A stretch of DNA of 64,000 nt, taken from positions 370,078,001 to 370,142,000 of the forward strand of contig OZ024743.1 of NCBI GenBank assembly GCA_964016885.1. Reading direction: 5' to 3'. The notes under the pieces were generated by a model. It was not told the DNA's origin, ran no database searches, and worked only from the letters and a program-made list of their open reading frames with translations. This document shows positions 29,401-40,246 of the stretch, piece by piece. The stretch comes from Eledone cirrhosa. Taxonomy: Eukaryota. A program made the position numbers and the translations under genes. How positions within the stretch are numbered: the stretch's first letter is position 1; each line of letters opens with the position of its first letter.

Positions 29401-30507
29401 CCTTCTAACCAGCTCATATATCCCTGCTAACAAGTTCATATATCCCCTACTAACCAGTTCATAAATCCCCTAATAATCTGCTCATATATCCCCTAGTAAC
29501 CAGTCCATCTATCCCCTATTAACCAGTTCATATATCCCCTACTAACCAGTTCATATATCCCCTCCTAACCAGCTCATATATTCCCTGCAAACAAACTTGT
29601 CTATCCCCTACTAACCAGATTATCTATCCTTTAGTAACCAGTTCATCTCTCCCTTACTAAGCAGTTCATATATCCCCTACTAACCAGCTCATATATTCTC
29701 TAGTAACCAACTTATCTATCCCCTAAATAACTAGCTCATATATCCCATACGAACCAGCTCATATATCCCCTACTAACCAGTTCATCTATCACCTACTAAC
29801 CAGCTCATCTATCCCATACTAACCAGCTCGTCTATCCCCTACTAACCAGCTCATATATCCCCTACTAACCAGTTCATATATCCCCTACTATCTAGTTCAT
29901 ATACCCCCTACTAACCAATTCATATATCTCCCACTAACCAGCTCATATATCCCCTACTAACCAGTTCATCTATCCCTTACTAACCAGCTCATATATCCCA
30001 TACTAACCAGCTCATCTATCCCCTACTAACCAGCTCATATATTCCCGACTAACCAGTTCACATATCCCATACTAAACAGCTCATCTAACCTCTACTAACC
30101 TTTTCTTATATCCCCTACTAACTAGTTCATATACCCCCTACTAACCAGTTCATATATCCCCTACTAACCTGTTCATATACACCCTACTTACCAGCTCATA
30201 TATCCCCTACTAACCAGTTCATATATCCCCTACTAACCTGTTCATATACACCCTACTTACCAGCTCATATATCCCCTACTAACCAGTTCATATATCCCCT
30301 ACTAACCTGTTCATATACACCCTACTTACCAGCTCATATATCCCCTACTAACCAGTTCATATATCCCCTACTAACCTGTTCATATACATCCTACTTACCA
30401 GCTCATATATCCCCTACTAGCCAGTTCATACATTCCCTACTAACCAGCTCATATATCCCCTACTAAACAGCTAATATTTCCGCTACTCACCAGCTCATAT
30501 ATCCCCG
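20421..30507 (+). repeat. 23-bp satellite array, right block (~440 units by length)
   Basis: Same consensus and orientation as the left block. Ends at ...CATATATCCCCGAGACAG. Confidence 0.98.
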
Positions 30508-30744
30508 AGACAGAATATAGCCTTTTAGAGTTAAAATTGACATCTAAGGATACATTGGATAATGTAGTCAGTTTGGTTTAATCAGTGGCGGCCTGATGTT
30601 TAACAGCTGTAACAATAACACTTACTCATAAAAATGACCTAATATACGTATGAAATTGATTGAAATAGCATAAAATTTAATGCTGGAAAATGTATGGATG
30701 GATCAAATGTTACGGATTTATTCACTAGATGGAACATTCGGTGG

Positions 30745-31700
30745 TTACTGAGATGGAGATGGTGGCGTCAGCGTGCCCAGCCATGTAATGGGCCTGAGCC
30801 TCAAAGTCATGGGTTCGGCTGCATAGGAGGTGGTGGCAGATGAATTGGGAGTAGAGGTTGGAGTGTTTGGTATGGTTGGGGGTAGAAATGAGGTGGAATT
30901 GGGGTGTGAGAGGGTAAGTTTGAAGGTGGAGGTGGTGAGGAAGTGATTTTGAGGGGTCGATGTAGACAAAGATGTCCAGGAAGTGAAAGGAGGTGGTGAA
31001 GTCGAGTTCAGGATGGAAGGATCACGAGAAAGAGAGAAATGAGTCAAACTCTCCTCGGGTGAGTGAGGTGACGCTGATTCAGTCGTCAATATAACGGCCG
31101 TATAGTTGGAGGATGGGGCCAGTGTATTGGGCAAAGACTTGTGCCTAAACGTAGCCGACAAATAGGTTGGAGTATTTGGGACCCATACTTGTGTCCAAGA
31201 CCACCCCGATCCCCTGTTAGTATAACTCGCACGAGAAGGAAAAGCTATTGAGGGTAAGCACCATATCGGCAAGGCGGGTGAGGATGGAGGGTTGAGAGGT
31301 GCGGCGAATGTCAAGGAAGTGTTGAAGGGCACGTAGAACCTCGGCGAGGGGGATGACCATGTAAAGGGATTTGATGTCGAGGATGAAAATGGGGAAGTCA
31401 AAGAGGTGTAGGGTGTGATTGGTGTCGGATATGTGGAAAGGGGAGGGTAGCAAATGGGGTGCGAGGATGGAGTCGAGATAGGCGACGATGAGTTATGTGG
31501 GGAAGTTTCAGGGACAGACGTTGGAGTAGCCAGGGGTATCAGGTTACTGGATTTGGAGGGAGAAATAGGTAGAAGAGGGGTGCATGTTGTACAGACGATG
31601 AGGTTGGTGGCGGTGGGTGGTAGGTGGGGGGAATTGACGAGTTGTTGTACAGTGTAAGATACATGTTGCCTATATTGGGGGGTGGGGGATTGGATGGTAG
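30745..31700 (-). mobile_element. Decayed Penelope-like reverse transcriptase fragment
   Basis: Minus strand gives LDIKSLYMVIP...LTLNSFSF...Y*QGIGV...MGPKYSNLFVG...YGRYIDD...FLDI, with in-frame stops. Confidence 0.8.
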
Positions 31701-31989
31701 AAGAAGGGTTTATGAAGCTGTCGAAGAGCCTCCGTCAAGTAGAAATAGGCGCGCCCAAACGCACATGCAACCTCTAAAACCTCCTCGTCCGCAGCTCACT
31801 TCATCCATCTAATTCCTCTCTCCCACATCTTTTCCCTGCTCCTGAACCCCGCTGCCTCACAAGCAACCACATCCCTAACACTACCACACATCGTGGTGGT
31901 GTTAGTGTTGATTCTTTTTCGTTTTTTGAATGTGTCCGTGCCTACACGCATATTAGGCCACATATGGATCAGCCGAGTCATATTTTCGC

Positions 31990-34430
31990 AGAGCAGATGA
32001 AAGAAGATGAAAGAAATAGGATGCGATACACAAAGGACACACGGAAACCAGGAAGGATATGAAAGCCGCTGAGATTGAGATGACCTGCGACGCAGACAAC
32101 ATCAGTGAAGAAGATGAAAAAGAAAATCAAACACTGGAATACAGCAAAAGTAAACTAAAGAATCACCAGGCAGACCCCAATAAAAATAAAAATGAAAAGT
32201 AAGCAAAGAAGACTAAAACTAAGGAAAACAGAGACCATGGGGAAAAGAAAGCCCAAGTACCTTGTAAGTTATACCTGATGACATGGAGAAGCTGGGACAA
32301 GCTTCAGTTATGAACACTCTAGATTCTATGCAAGCTCCGCCCAAACTGTTCATGCCATATGTGTCACATATTGACCAACAGATGCCAACAAACATAAGGA
32401 CAAGTTTGAAGATAGCCTCAGAAGCATTGAAGAAGTGCTGATAAATTTAGATCAGGGTTTCAAAATCATACTACTGGGAGATTTTAACCACCCAAATGCC
32501 AAATGGCCCGAAGGCCAGCCCCTCTCAGGAATGACGGCACCTGAACAAAGGCAGATAAAATCCATGTTGAACCTTACTGACTCTTCATGGAACAAAGGTT
32601 AATTTATCCAACAAGAGATGAGAATACATTGGATCTCTGCTTCACAAATAACATGGAGCTCCTCCACAATGTGAAAGTGAAACCAATGATTTTATCGGAC
32701 CATAACATAGTAGAACTGGGAATGTAGATATACAGCCCACAGGAAGCACTTGGTCTCTATCTAGCTTAAACTTCCACAAAGCTAACTGGAAAAGGATTCA
32801 GGAAGAGCTCCTGAACCAAAATTGGACTGACAGTCTCTCTATGGAAGATGTCAACATACAACTTGAGCAACTCATGGAAATAATACAGGCCATATGCTCG
32901 AAGTTTCAAACTGAGAATGAATTCAAACTATCTCATGAAAAGGAGGGAGCAGGAAGAAAAGTCAGGCTAGAGAAAACATAAAGACGAACCCTAAGGCCTT
33001 CTTTAAATTTGTAAAAGAGTCTGCCTCGGTACACTTCGGGATAGGGCCACTTTTCCATAAAATTGTCTCATTGACCGCAGATTCCCAAGAGAAAAGTGAG
33101 GTACTGAATTAACAATACAAAAGTGTTTTCACACCTCTAATGAGTCCCATGCGTATAGATAAGCCAAATGAGTTCTTCAACCCACCTGGATTACACAAAG
33201 AAATGGAAACAATCAACCACATAGATATAAAGGTGAAAGGTGTAATATCAGCCACAGACGAAATGAGATCAAATTCAACAGCTAGCACTGATGGTTTCCC
33301 AGCCAAAAGACATGCAAGAAAACATTAGCAAAACCACTGCAGATCCTCTTTCAAAGACCACTTGCAAGTGGCAAACTACCAGGAAAATAAAAAGCATAAT
33401 ATGTCATAATCATAAAGGAAGCAGAGTAGATGCTAAAAACTACAGACCTAGCTCCCTGCCCTCACATATCAGAAAAATCATAGAACGAATCATCAGATGG
33501 AATCTGATGACTTTTCTAAAGGAAAATGGTCTTCTAACTGACACCCAGCATGGATTTTGCCCAGATAGAAATTGTCTTACGCAGCTCTTACAGCATTATG
33601 ACTGGATACTCAAACAACTGCCAGACCGTTCGAAAGTAGATGTGATATATCTCATCTTTACGAAGGCCTTCGACAAGGTTGATTATGGAATAATATGTCA
33701 CAAACTATGTAGCTTTGGCATAGTTGGAAAACTAAGGGAATGGCTTCATGACTTCTTAAAAGACAGAAGCCAGACTGTTGTAGTCAACGAGACCTTCTCA
33801 AAAGAAAACTCAATAACAAGCTACGTGCCCCAGTGAACCGTCTTAGGGCCACTACTGTTTGTGGTGGTTCTCTCAGACATGCCCTCTGCCATACGGACAG
33901 CCTCCCTCACAAGCTATGCTGATGACATGAAAGTAACACAGGCAATCATGAAACCAGCTGATGCTCCTCTTTTATATAACAAGATTTAGATGCCATATTC
34001 GGATGGTCTGAAAACTACAATATGCAATTTAATGCAGGTAAATTTCAAGCCTCCCGCTATCAGCTCACAAATTAGGATCATCACAATAAAGATGTATTGG
34101 ACAAGGAGGAATCGAAATCACCAAGACAAAATCAATACAGGATCTGGGCATTGTCATAAGAAATGATGCATCGTTTCATGCACACATCATTAAAATGACG
34201 GCAATGTGCTGACGAATGGCAGGTCGGATTCTGAGGCCATTCCGGACAAGAGACCCAGAAACCATGTTGGTACTCTGGAGGAATTTCGTCCTCAGTAGAC
34301 AGGACTATTGCTCTCATCTGTGGTCACATCCCAGTGTCAAACAAACTGCACAATTTGAAGCAATCCAAGGAAGATACACCAAGAGGGTTACCTCAATGAA
34401 AGAGATGAGCAACTGAGAAAGGCTAAAAAG
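31990..34430 (+). mobile_element. Decayed CR1/L2-group LINE (APE endonuclease + RT)
   Basis: LLGDFNHP, PTRDENTLDLCFTN, SDHN, NYRPSSL, QHGF, VDVIYLIFTKAFDKVD, VPQ*TVLGPLLF, SYADD. Multiple stops and frameshifts. Confidence 0.85.
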
Positions 34431-35123
34431 GATTTCTTCTGCCTTTCTCTTAAGTCTGTTTAGAAGAACTTTTAGTAGTACGTTGCTAGTATGACTAATT
34501 AGCTAGTATGACTAATTGCTCACTAGTTCTTAGTTTTCACCAAGAGAGAAACTTAATATGTTAGATTACATCAACAAAATATTTCGGTCTAATATACGTG
34601 ACGTTTTAACATCCTGTTCTAACTGACAAGAAACATCTAAATATACACCTGTATTTTGATAGTTGAAAATTTCATGCACTAGTTATTTCAGGTTGTTACA
34701 TTGATACTACAATTGGCACATTCATAGGTTAAACCGACAGAGGTCCATTCCATATAAAATGTCTATGATGTGAGGACCGGGAAAACCCAAAATAGGGTAT
34801 AGTACAAGATGTATGATGATGTGTAGAAGGAGTATAGTGAAGAAGTAGCATCCCAACAGTAAACTCAACTTTTTCAACACGATTTCCACAAGTATTTCCA
34901 AATAAATACAGGTTGAGACAGTTGTGTCACTGTCGGGAGTCTACCACTTTACTATATATATATATATGTATATATATATATTATAAAATAACAGGTGACA
35001 TCATCAAAATATAACAAAGGAATATAACAGATAAAATCCATGGGGGCTGAAAATTAGAGACAAGAGGACGAGCGACTATTTAGCAGCTTCTACCTCAGTC
35101 GGCCGCCCTTTGTTATATTTTGA

Positions 35124-35181
35124 ATACCTGATGATGTCACCGGATTCATACTGAACCCGGTCATTGAAATGATCATAGTAT
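35124..35181 (+). ncRNA. Type I hammerhead ribozyme, minimal Penelope-type
   Basis: ATAC-CTGATGA-[helix II accggattca/tac/tgaacccggt]-GAAA-TGATCA-TA-GTAT. Helix I is ATAC/GTAT, helix III is palindromic (ATGATCAT), and the predicted cleavage is after AUA at 35177. Confidence 0.75.
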
Positions 35182-35467
35182 AATAAACCTTTCAAGGATT
35201 TACACCAGTCCAGCCTCCTGTTATTTTATAATAATTAACTCCGTATTCGCACCACCAACTACACAAACAAAGACGGGTGAGTTGAATTACGTTGAGTGCT
35301 CTCCTTAATATTACATCTAGATTGACCATACGAAATGACCAGTTCTATCCAGTCGTGAACCAACAAAACTAAATATATATATATAGAGAGAGAGATTTTG
35401 AGTTTATGTTGGTTGTATACCAACACCTCAGTATGCAGGCTTTATATATATATATATATATATATAT

Positions 35468-35810
35468 AACGAAGGAAGTGTGGTAAGGAACCAGATGGAC
35501 CATAACGCACCAGAGTACTCAATACTTAGGGTAGTAGAGTGCGTAATACGAAAATGTTTAACCCCGACGGCAGAGCTCAAGCCGTTTCGACGGCTATTTC
35601 TGGACTAAATTAGTAAATAGCCGAACATTTCATGGGGTAATTCCTTATATGGGAAGATTGTAGTTGTCAAAAGTATTGGTCAAAATTTCTTGTAAACACA
35701 ATTAAATCTTTCATGGGGATGGGTGAGATGTGAGGTGGCTGAACTTGCCTGTAGTACAATGAGGGAGTGGGTGGAGCAGGGTCAAGCGTTGAAAGTGAAT
35801 TCTATACAGC
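35468..35810 (-). repeat. Dispersed repeat family A (pseudo-LTR-like, adjoining (TA)n)
   Basis: AACGAAGGAA..GTGGTAAGGAACCAG..GGACCATAACGCACCA..CCCCGACGGC..CTCAAGCCGTTTCGACGGCTA is shared with 36550-36610, 45162-45343 and 55789-56160. Confidence 0.85.
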
Positions 35811-36226
35811 AATTCTATATTCGATGTATAGAATTCACTTTCAACGCTTCACCGGCTCCACCCACTCCTTCATTGTACTACACCACCACCATATATATAT
35901 GCTCGAGTTTCCGAAGTTATTGGAAATCTCAAAATGCGGACGAAACCATGGTCGAGGTAAATAAATGTATTCTCTTTTCTCCTAGTTTATTTTACACCTA
36001 ATTCTGTTTAATTGACTGTATATCTGGGCGATTACGCTGTCGAAATATTCGATAAATATTCCGTCGCAGCCGACGCGAAAGGTTAGTTTCGGTTATTTGT
36101 TGGAGATTTCTTCATAGAAGCCTTATTCTTATAGCCTGGTCTATTCGATTTTTTATATGGTTAATTATGCTAATTGGGAGAGGAAATGGTATATATTTTA
36201 TCTGGTGATTATATAGACATGTTTTA

Positions 36227-36294
<68 letters not shown>

Positions 36295-36302
<8 letters not shown>

Positions 36303-36464
36303 ATATTTGGGGAGGGTCATATTTGCGTAATATTGCCAGAATTAATAACAGAACACACTCACTGTTTGGTTGGTTTTCGCTTCTCGCTGTCTTTTATATC
36401 TGCGGTCTAACTTACTCGGTCCTCAATGTTACGCAAATATGACCCTCCCCAAATATAACAATAT
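36295..36464. mobile_element. MITE-like element with 41-bp terminal inverted repeats
   Basis: ATATTGTTATATTTGGGGAGGGTCATATTTGCGTAATATTG (36295-36335) has an inverted copy at 36424-36464 with one mismatch. Lies between (TA)n tracts. Confidence 0.65.
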
Positions 36465-36503
36465 CTGTTTCGACACACGATTTCATATAAAAAAACCTCG
36501 CAA

Positions 36504-36549
<46 letters not shown>

Positions 36550-36552
<3 letters not shown>

Positions 36553-36660
36553 AGTAAGTAAGACCCCGACGGCTGAGCTCAAGCCGATTCGACGGCTAAT
36601 TCTGTACTATATATGTATATCTTTAAGTCGTCTGGAAGCCTGAACAATGCAAATGGGTAA
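36550..36660 (-). repeat. Partial copy of repeat family A
   Basis: GTAAGACCCCGACGGCTGAGCTCAAGCCGATTCGACGGCTAATTCTG directly after (TA)n. Confidence 0.8.
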
Positions 36661-36819
36661 ATCTCCGGGTAACAAGGTCCGTTGGTGGAGAGAGAGATGT
36701 AAGTGGGTGTACGTTGAGATGCGTGGTGTGTATAAGATGTGTGAGATGTGTAGAATGAAGGGAAGAGCATAAAGGATAAAAATAAAAATAACAAGACAAC
36801 AGAGAGTTACCTTGGGAGA

Positions 36820-37580
36820 GATTTAATAGTCCCTATATATTTCGGATTCACATCCATCAACTGGGGTTTTTTTCCGGGGTGGGGGAAAAGGTTGTCTGTC
36901 GGACAAGTCCGGAACGCGTCTTTCGCTGTTTGTTGTTTTGAATATCTGAGGTATTCGGCAGAGCGCGCGTGCGCGTGAAATGGGGTCGGTCGTACAGAGG
37001 TCAGCGGCCGAATGAGGGGGTGGGATGGCGCTAGCTGTCAGTCCATTCTCTGCTTGTTTGTTAAATGTTACTGTGTGTGTGTGTGCGTGTGTTGTTGTCT
37101 CGCTCGAATGTGTGTGTGTGTGTTGTTGCCTTGTTCATCTGTATTGGCAGTGTAGTATGTTCGTATGGTGGAATGCTACTGTGCGTGTGTGTGTGTAGTT
37201 GTCTCGTTTGCGTGTGTGTGTGTGTGCGTGTGTTGTGTGTTGTTGCATCGCTTGTTAACTTAAACCAGCCATTTCATTTCGCTTCTCTCTGATCGGTTGT
37301 TTATTTGCGGTTGCAGTCGTTTGATAAAAAGCGCTTCCTTGATACGTAACGTGCCGACGTTTCTTTCAGTCGCTAGAATTGTGACAATGGGCCTTCCGTC
37401 TTTGTTTACGCATTTGTCTATGTGTTTCCGGAAAGACGAGGCACTGGTTTTAGTGTGTTCCTTGATCCGGATGTGCAAAGGTCGAATTGTGCTACCTATG
37501 TAGTATTGGTTGCACCTGTCACATTCTATCTTATACACGACGTATGTGCGTAGGCAACAGTTAGCATGGCGTATCGAGCA
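36820..37580 (-). mobile_element. Penelope-like 3' fragment: GIY-YIG endonuclease, CA-rich 3' UTR, degenerate hammerhead
   Basis: YVVYKIECDRCNQYYIGSTIRPLHIRIKEH...KEALFIKRLQPQIN. Downstream motif CCC-CAGTTGA-t-ggatgtgaatcc-GAAA-TATA-TA-GGG at 36866-36831. Confidence 0.85.
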
Positions 37581-37739
37581 GTATATATATATATATATAT
37601 GTATATAGGAGGAAATTGTAGTTTGAAGCATTGCGTAATGAGGTATAAACGTTTGGAGTTAGAAGGCCAAAACAATGTAGGTATGGATATAGAATATAAA
37701 TATAAATGCAAAAGATATTGTTGACAATTAGTCTTTTAC

Positions 37740-38420
37740 CTTGAATTTATTTGAATATTCTTAATTTTCGAGATAATATCTCTTCTTCGGAGGGAAGTAA
37801 AGGGGTTAATCCAGTGTTCTAATTAGCTTGCCAAGTCATGCTGACAGGAAATGGTATAGAAATTCCATTCTATCTCTAATGTCAAAGAGTGAAGGTTAGG
37901 TGGATAAAGAGTTGTCTCCCTTTAAAAAGGGGTTTGGACATGTTTGTTTAAGTGTGTGTGGGAGAATACGTGAACGTGTAAGCATGCGTGTGTGTGTGTG
38001 TGAGTGTGAGAGGATATGTCTATATGTAAATGTGGGGGCTAGATGCTCTATCATGTTAAAACTGGTCTTTATGTGTGTATGTGTGTGTGTGAGAGAGAAT
38101 AAGTGGATGTATAAGCGTGTGTGTGTGTGTGTGCGTGTGTGTGTCAGAGAGGGTACGTGGAGGTGTAAGTGTGGGGCTAGGTGCTCTATCATGTTAAACA
38201 TTCGATGTTGAGTTCTAGTCTGTTATTGATTGGTGGTTGCATTTTGTCCATAATCAGTGCTTCTATAATTCTAAGATTGCCGAGGTTTCTTTCCTTAGCT
38301 TCTATCCTAACTATTATGATTTTGTCGGTGTTTTTGCATTTCACTAGGTGTTTCTTAAATGAGGAAGCGTTAGTATTGAGGTGTTCTTTTATTCTTATGT
38401 GAAGGGGTCTGGTGGTGAAA
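37740..38420 (-). mobile_element. Second, related Penelope-like 3' fragment
   Basis: My own minus-strand translation gives TTRPLHIRIKEHLNTNASSFKKHL...IIEALIMDKMQPPINNR. Downstream motif CCGAAGA-a-gagatattatctc-GAAA at 37790-37766. Confidence 0.8.
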
Positions 38421-38451
38421 AAGTGATTTCCAACAAATTAAATATCTCTTC

Positions 38452-38483
<32 letters not shown>

Positions 38484-38488
<5 letters not shown>

Positions 38489-38520
38489 CTCAGTATAGTG
38501 AACTAACTGTTGTGTAACCA

Positions 38521-38566
<46 letters not shown>

Positions 38567-38645
38567 TATATATCTCTCTCTCTATATATATATGTATATA
38601 TATATAAGTGGTTACACAACAGTTAGTTCACTATACTGAGAACAA
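38484..38645. repeat. Perfect ~42-bp inverted repeat around a (TA)n/(TC)n spacer
   Basis: TTGTTCTCAGTATAGTGAACTAACTGTTGTGTAACCACTTA and TAAGTGGTTACACAACAGTTAGTTCACTATACTGAGAACAA. Confidence 0.9.
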
Positions 38646-39001
38646 TTGTTTAACCTTCGCGGATCTTCAGCTCGGGATGTGTATGGTTATCTCTTACTAA
38701 CCAGCTCATATATCCCCTACTAAACAGCTAATATTTCCGCTACTCACCAGCTCATATATCCCCGAGACAGAATATAGCCTTTTAGAGTTAAAATTGACAT
38801 CTAAGGATACATTGGATAATGTAGTCAGTTTGGTTTAATCAGTGGCGGCCTGATGTTTAACAGCTGTAACAATAACACTTACTCATAAAAATGACCTAAT
38901 ATACGTATGAAATTGATTGAAATAGCATAAAATTTAATGCTGGAAAATGTATGGATGGATCAAATGTTACGGATTTATTCACTAGATGGAACATTCGGTG
39001 G

Positions 39002-39957
39002 TTACTGAGATGGAGATGGTGGCGTCAGCGTGCCCAGCCATGTAATGGGCCTGAGCCTCAAAGTCATGGGTTCGGCTGCATAGGAGGTGGTGGCAGATGA
39101 ATTGGGAGTAGAGGTTGGAGTGTTTGGTATGGTTGGGGGTAGAAATGAGGTGGAATTGGGGTGTGAGAGGGTAAGTTTGAAGGTGGAGGTGGTGAGGAAG
39201 TGATTTTGAGGGGTCGATGTAGACAAAGATGTCCAGGAAGTGAAAGGAGGTGGTGAAGTCGAGTTCAGGATGGACGGATCACGAGAAAGAGAGAAATGAG
39301 TCAAACTCTCCTCGGGTGAGTGAGGTGACGCTGATTCAGTCGTCAATATAACGGCCGTATAGTTGGAGGATGGGGCCAGTGTATTGGGCAAAGACTTGTG
39401 CCTAAACGTAGCCGACAAATAGGTTGGAGTATTTGGGACCCATACTTGTGTCCAAGACCACCCCGATCCCCTGTTAGTATAACTCGCACGAGAAGGAAAA
39501 GCTATTGAGGGTAAGCACCATATCGGCAAGGCGGGTGAGGATGGAGGGTTGAGAGGTGCGGCGAATGTCAAGGAAGTGTTGAAGGGCACGTAGAACCTCG
39601 GCGAGGGGGATGACCATGTAAAGGGATTTGATGTCGAGGATGAAAATGGGGGAGTCAAAGAGGTGTAGGGTGTGATTGGTGTCGGATATGTGGAAAGGGG
39701 AGGGTAGCAAATGGGGTGCGAGGATGGAGTCGAGATAGGCGACGATGAGTTATGTGGGGAAGTTTCAGGGACAGACGTTGGAGTAGCCAGGGGTATCAGG
39801 TTACTGGAATTGGAGGGAGAAATAGGTAGAAGAGGGGTGCATGTTGTACAGACGATGAGGTTGGTGGCGGTGGGTGGTAGGTGGGGGGAATTGACGAGTT
39901 GTTGTACAGTGTAAGATACATGTTGCCTATATTGGGGGGTGGGGGATTGGATGGTAG
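39002..39957 (-). mobile_element. Duplicate of the Penelope-like RT fragment
   Basis: Same translation as 30745-31700. Confidence 0.8.
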
Positions 39958-40246
39958 AAGAAGGGTTTATGAAGCTGTCGAAGAGCCTCCGTCAAGTAGA
40001 AATAGGCGCGCCCAAACGCACATGCAACCTCTAAAACCTCCTCGTCCGCAGCTCACTTCATCCATCTAATTCCTCTCTCCCACATCTTTTCCCTGCTCCT
40101 GAACCCCGCTGCCTCACAAGCAATCACATCCCTAACACTACCACACATCGTGGTGGTGTTAGTGTTGATTCTTTTTCGTTTTTTGAATGTGTCCGTGCCT
40201 ACACGCATATTAGGCCACATATGGATCAGCCGAGTCATATTTTCGC

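Larger units (their letters stand above)
30438..35349 (+). repeat. 4.9-kb direct segmental duplication, copy 1
   Basis: Collinear with 38695-43606 at constant offset 8257. The ORF track is duplicated (30745/39002, 33291/41548, 34216/42473). Confidence 0.96.

Noticed and set aside
5473-30507. CRISPR array or repetitive protein gene (e.g. ORF 10398-10607)
   Set aside because: Monomers are contiguous with no unique spacers, no cas genes are present, and frames are repeatedly stopped by TAA.
4175-30507. True telomere array
   Set aside because: There are no tandem TTAGGG runs; the hexamer occurs only within some 23-bp monomers.
30745-31401. 218-aa Ser/Pro/Thr-rich ORF (and its duplicate 39002-39658) as a mucin-like gene
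   Set aside because: It is an alternative frame over a decayed Penelope RT whose motifs (DIKSLY, RYIDD) lie in another frame.
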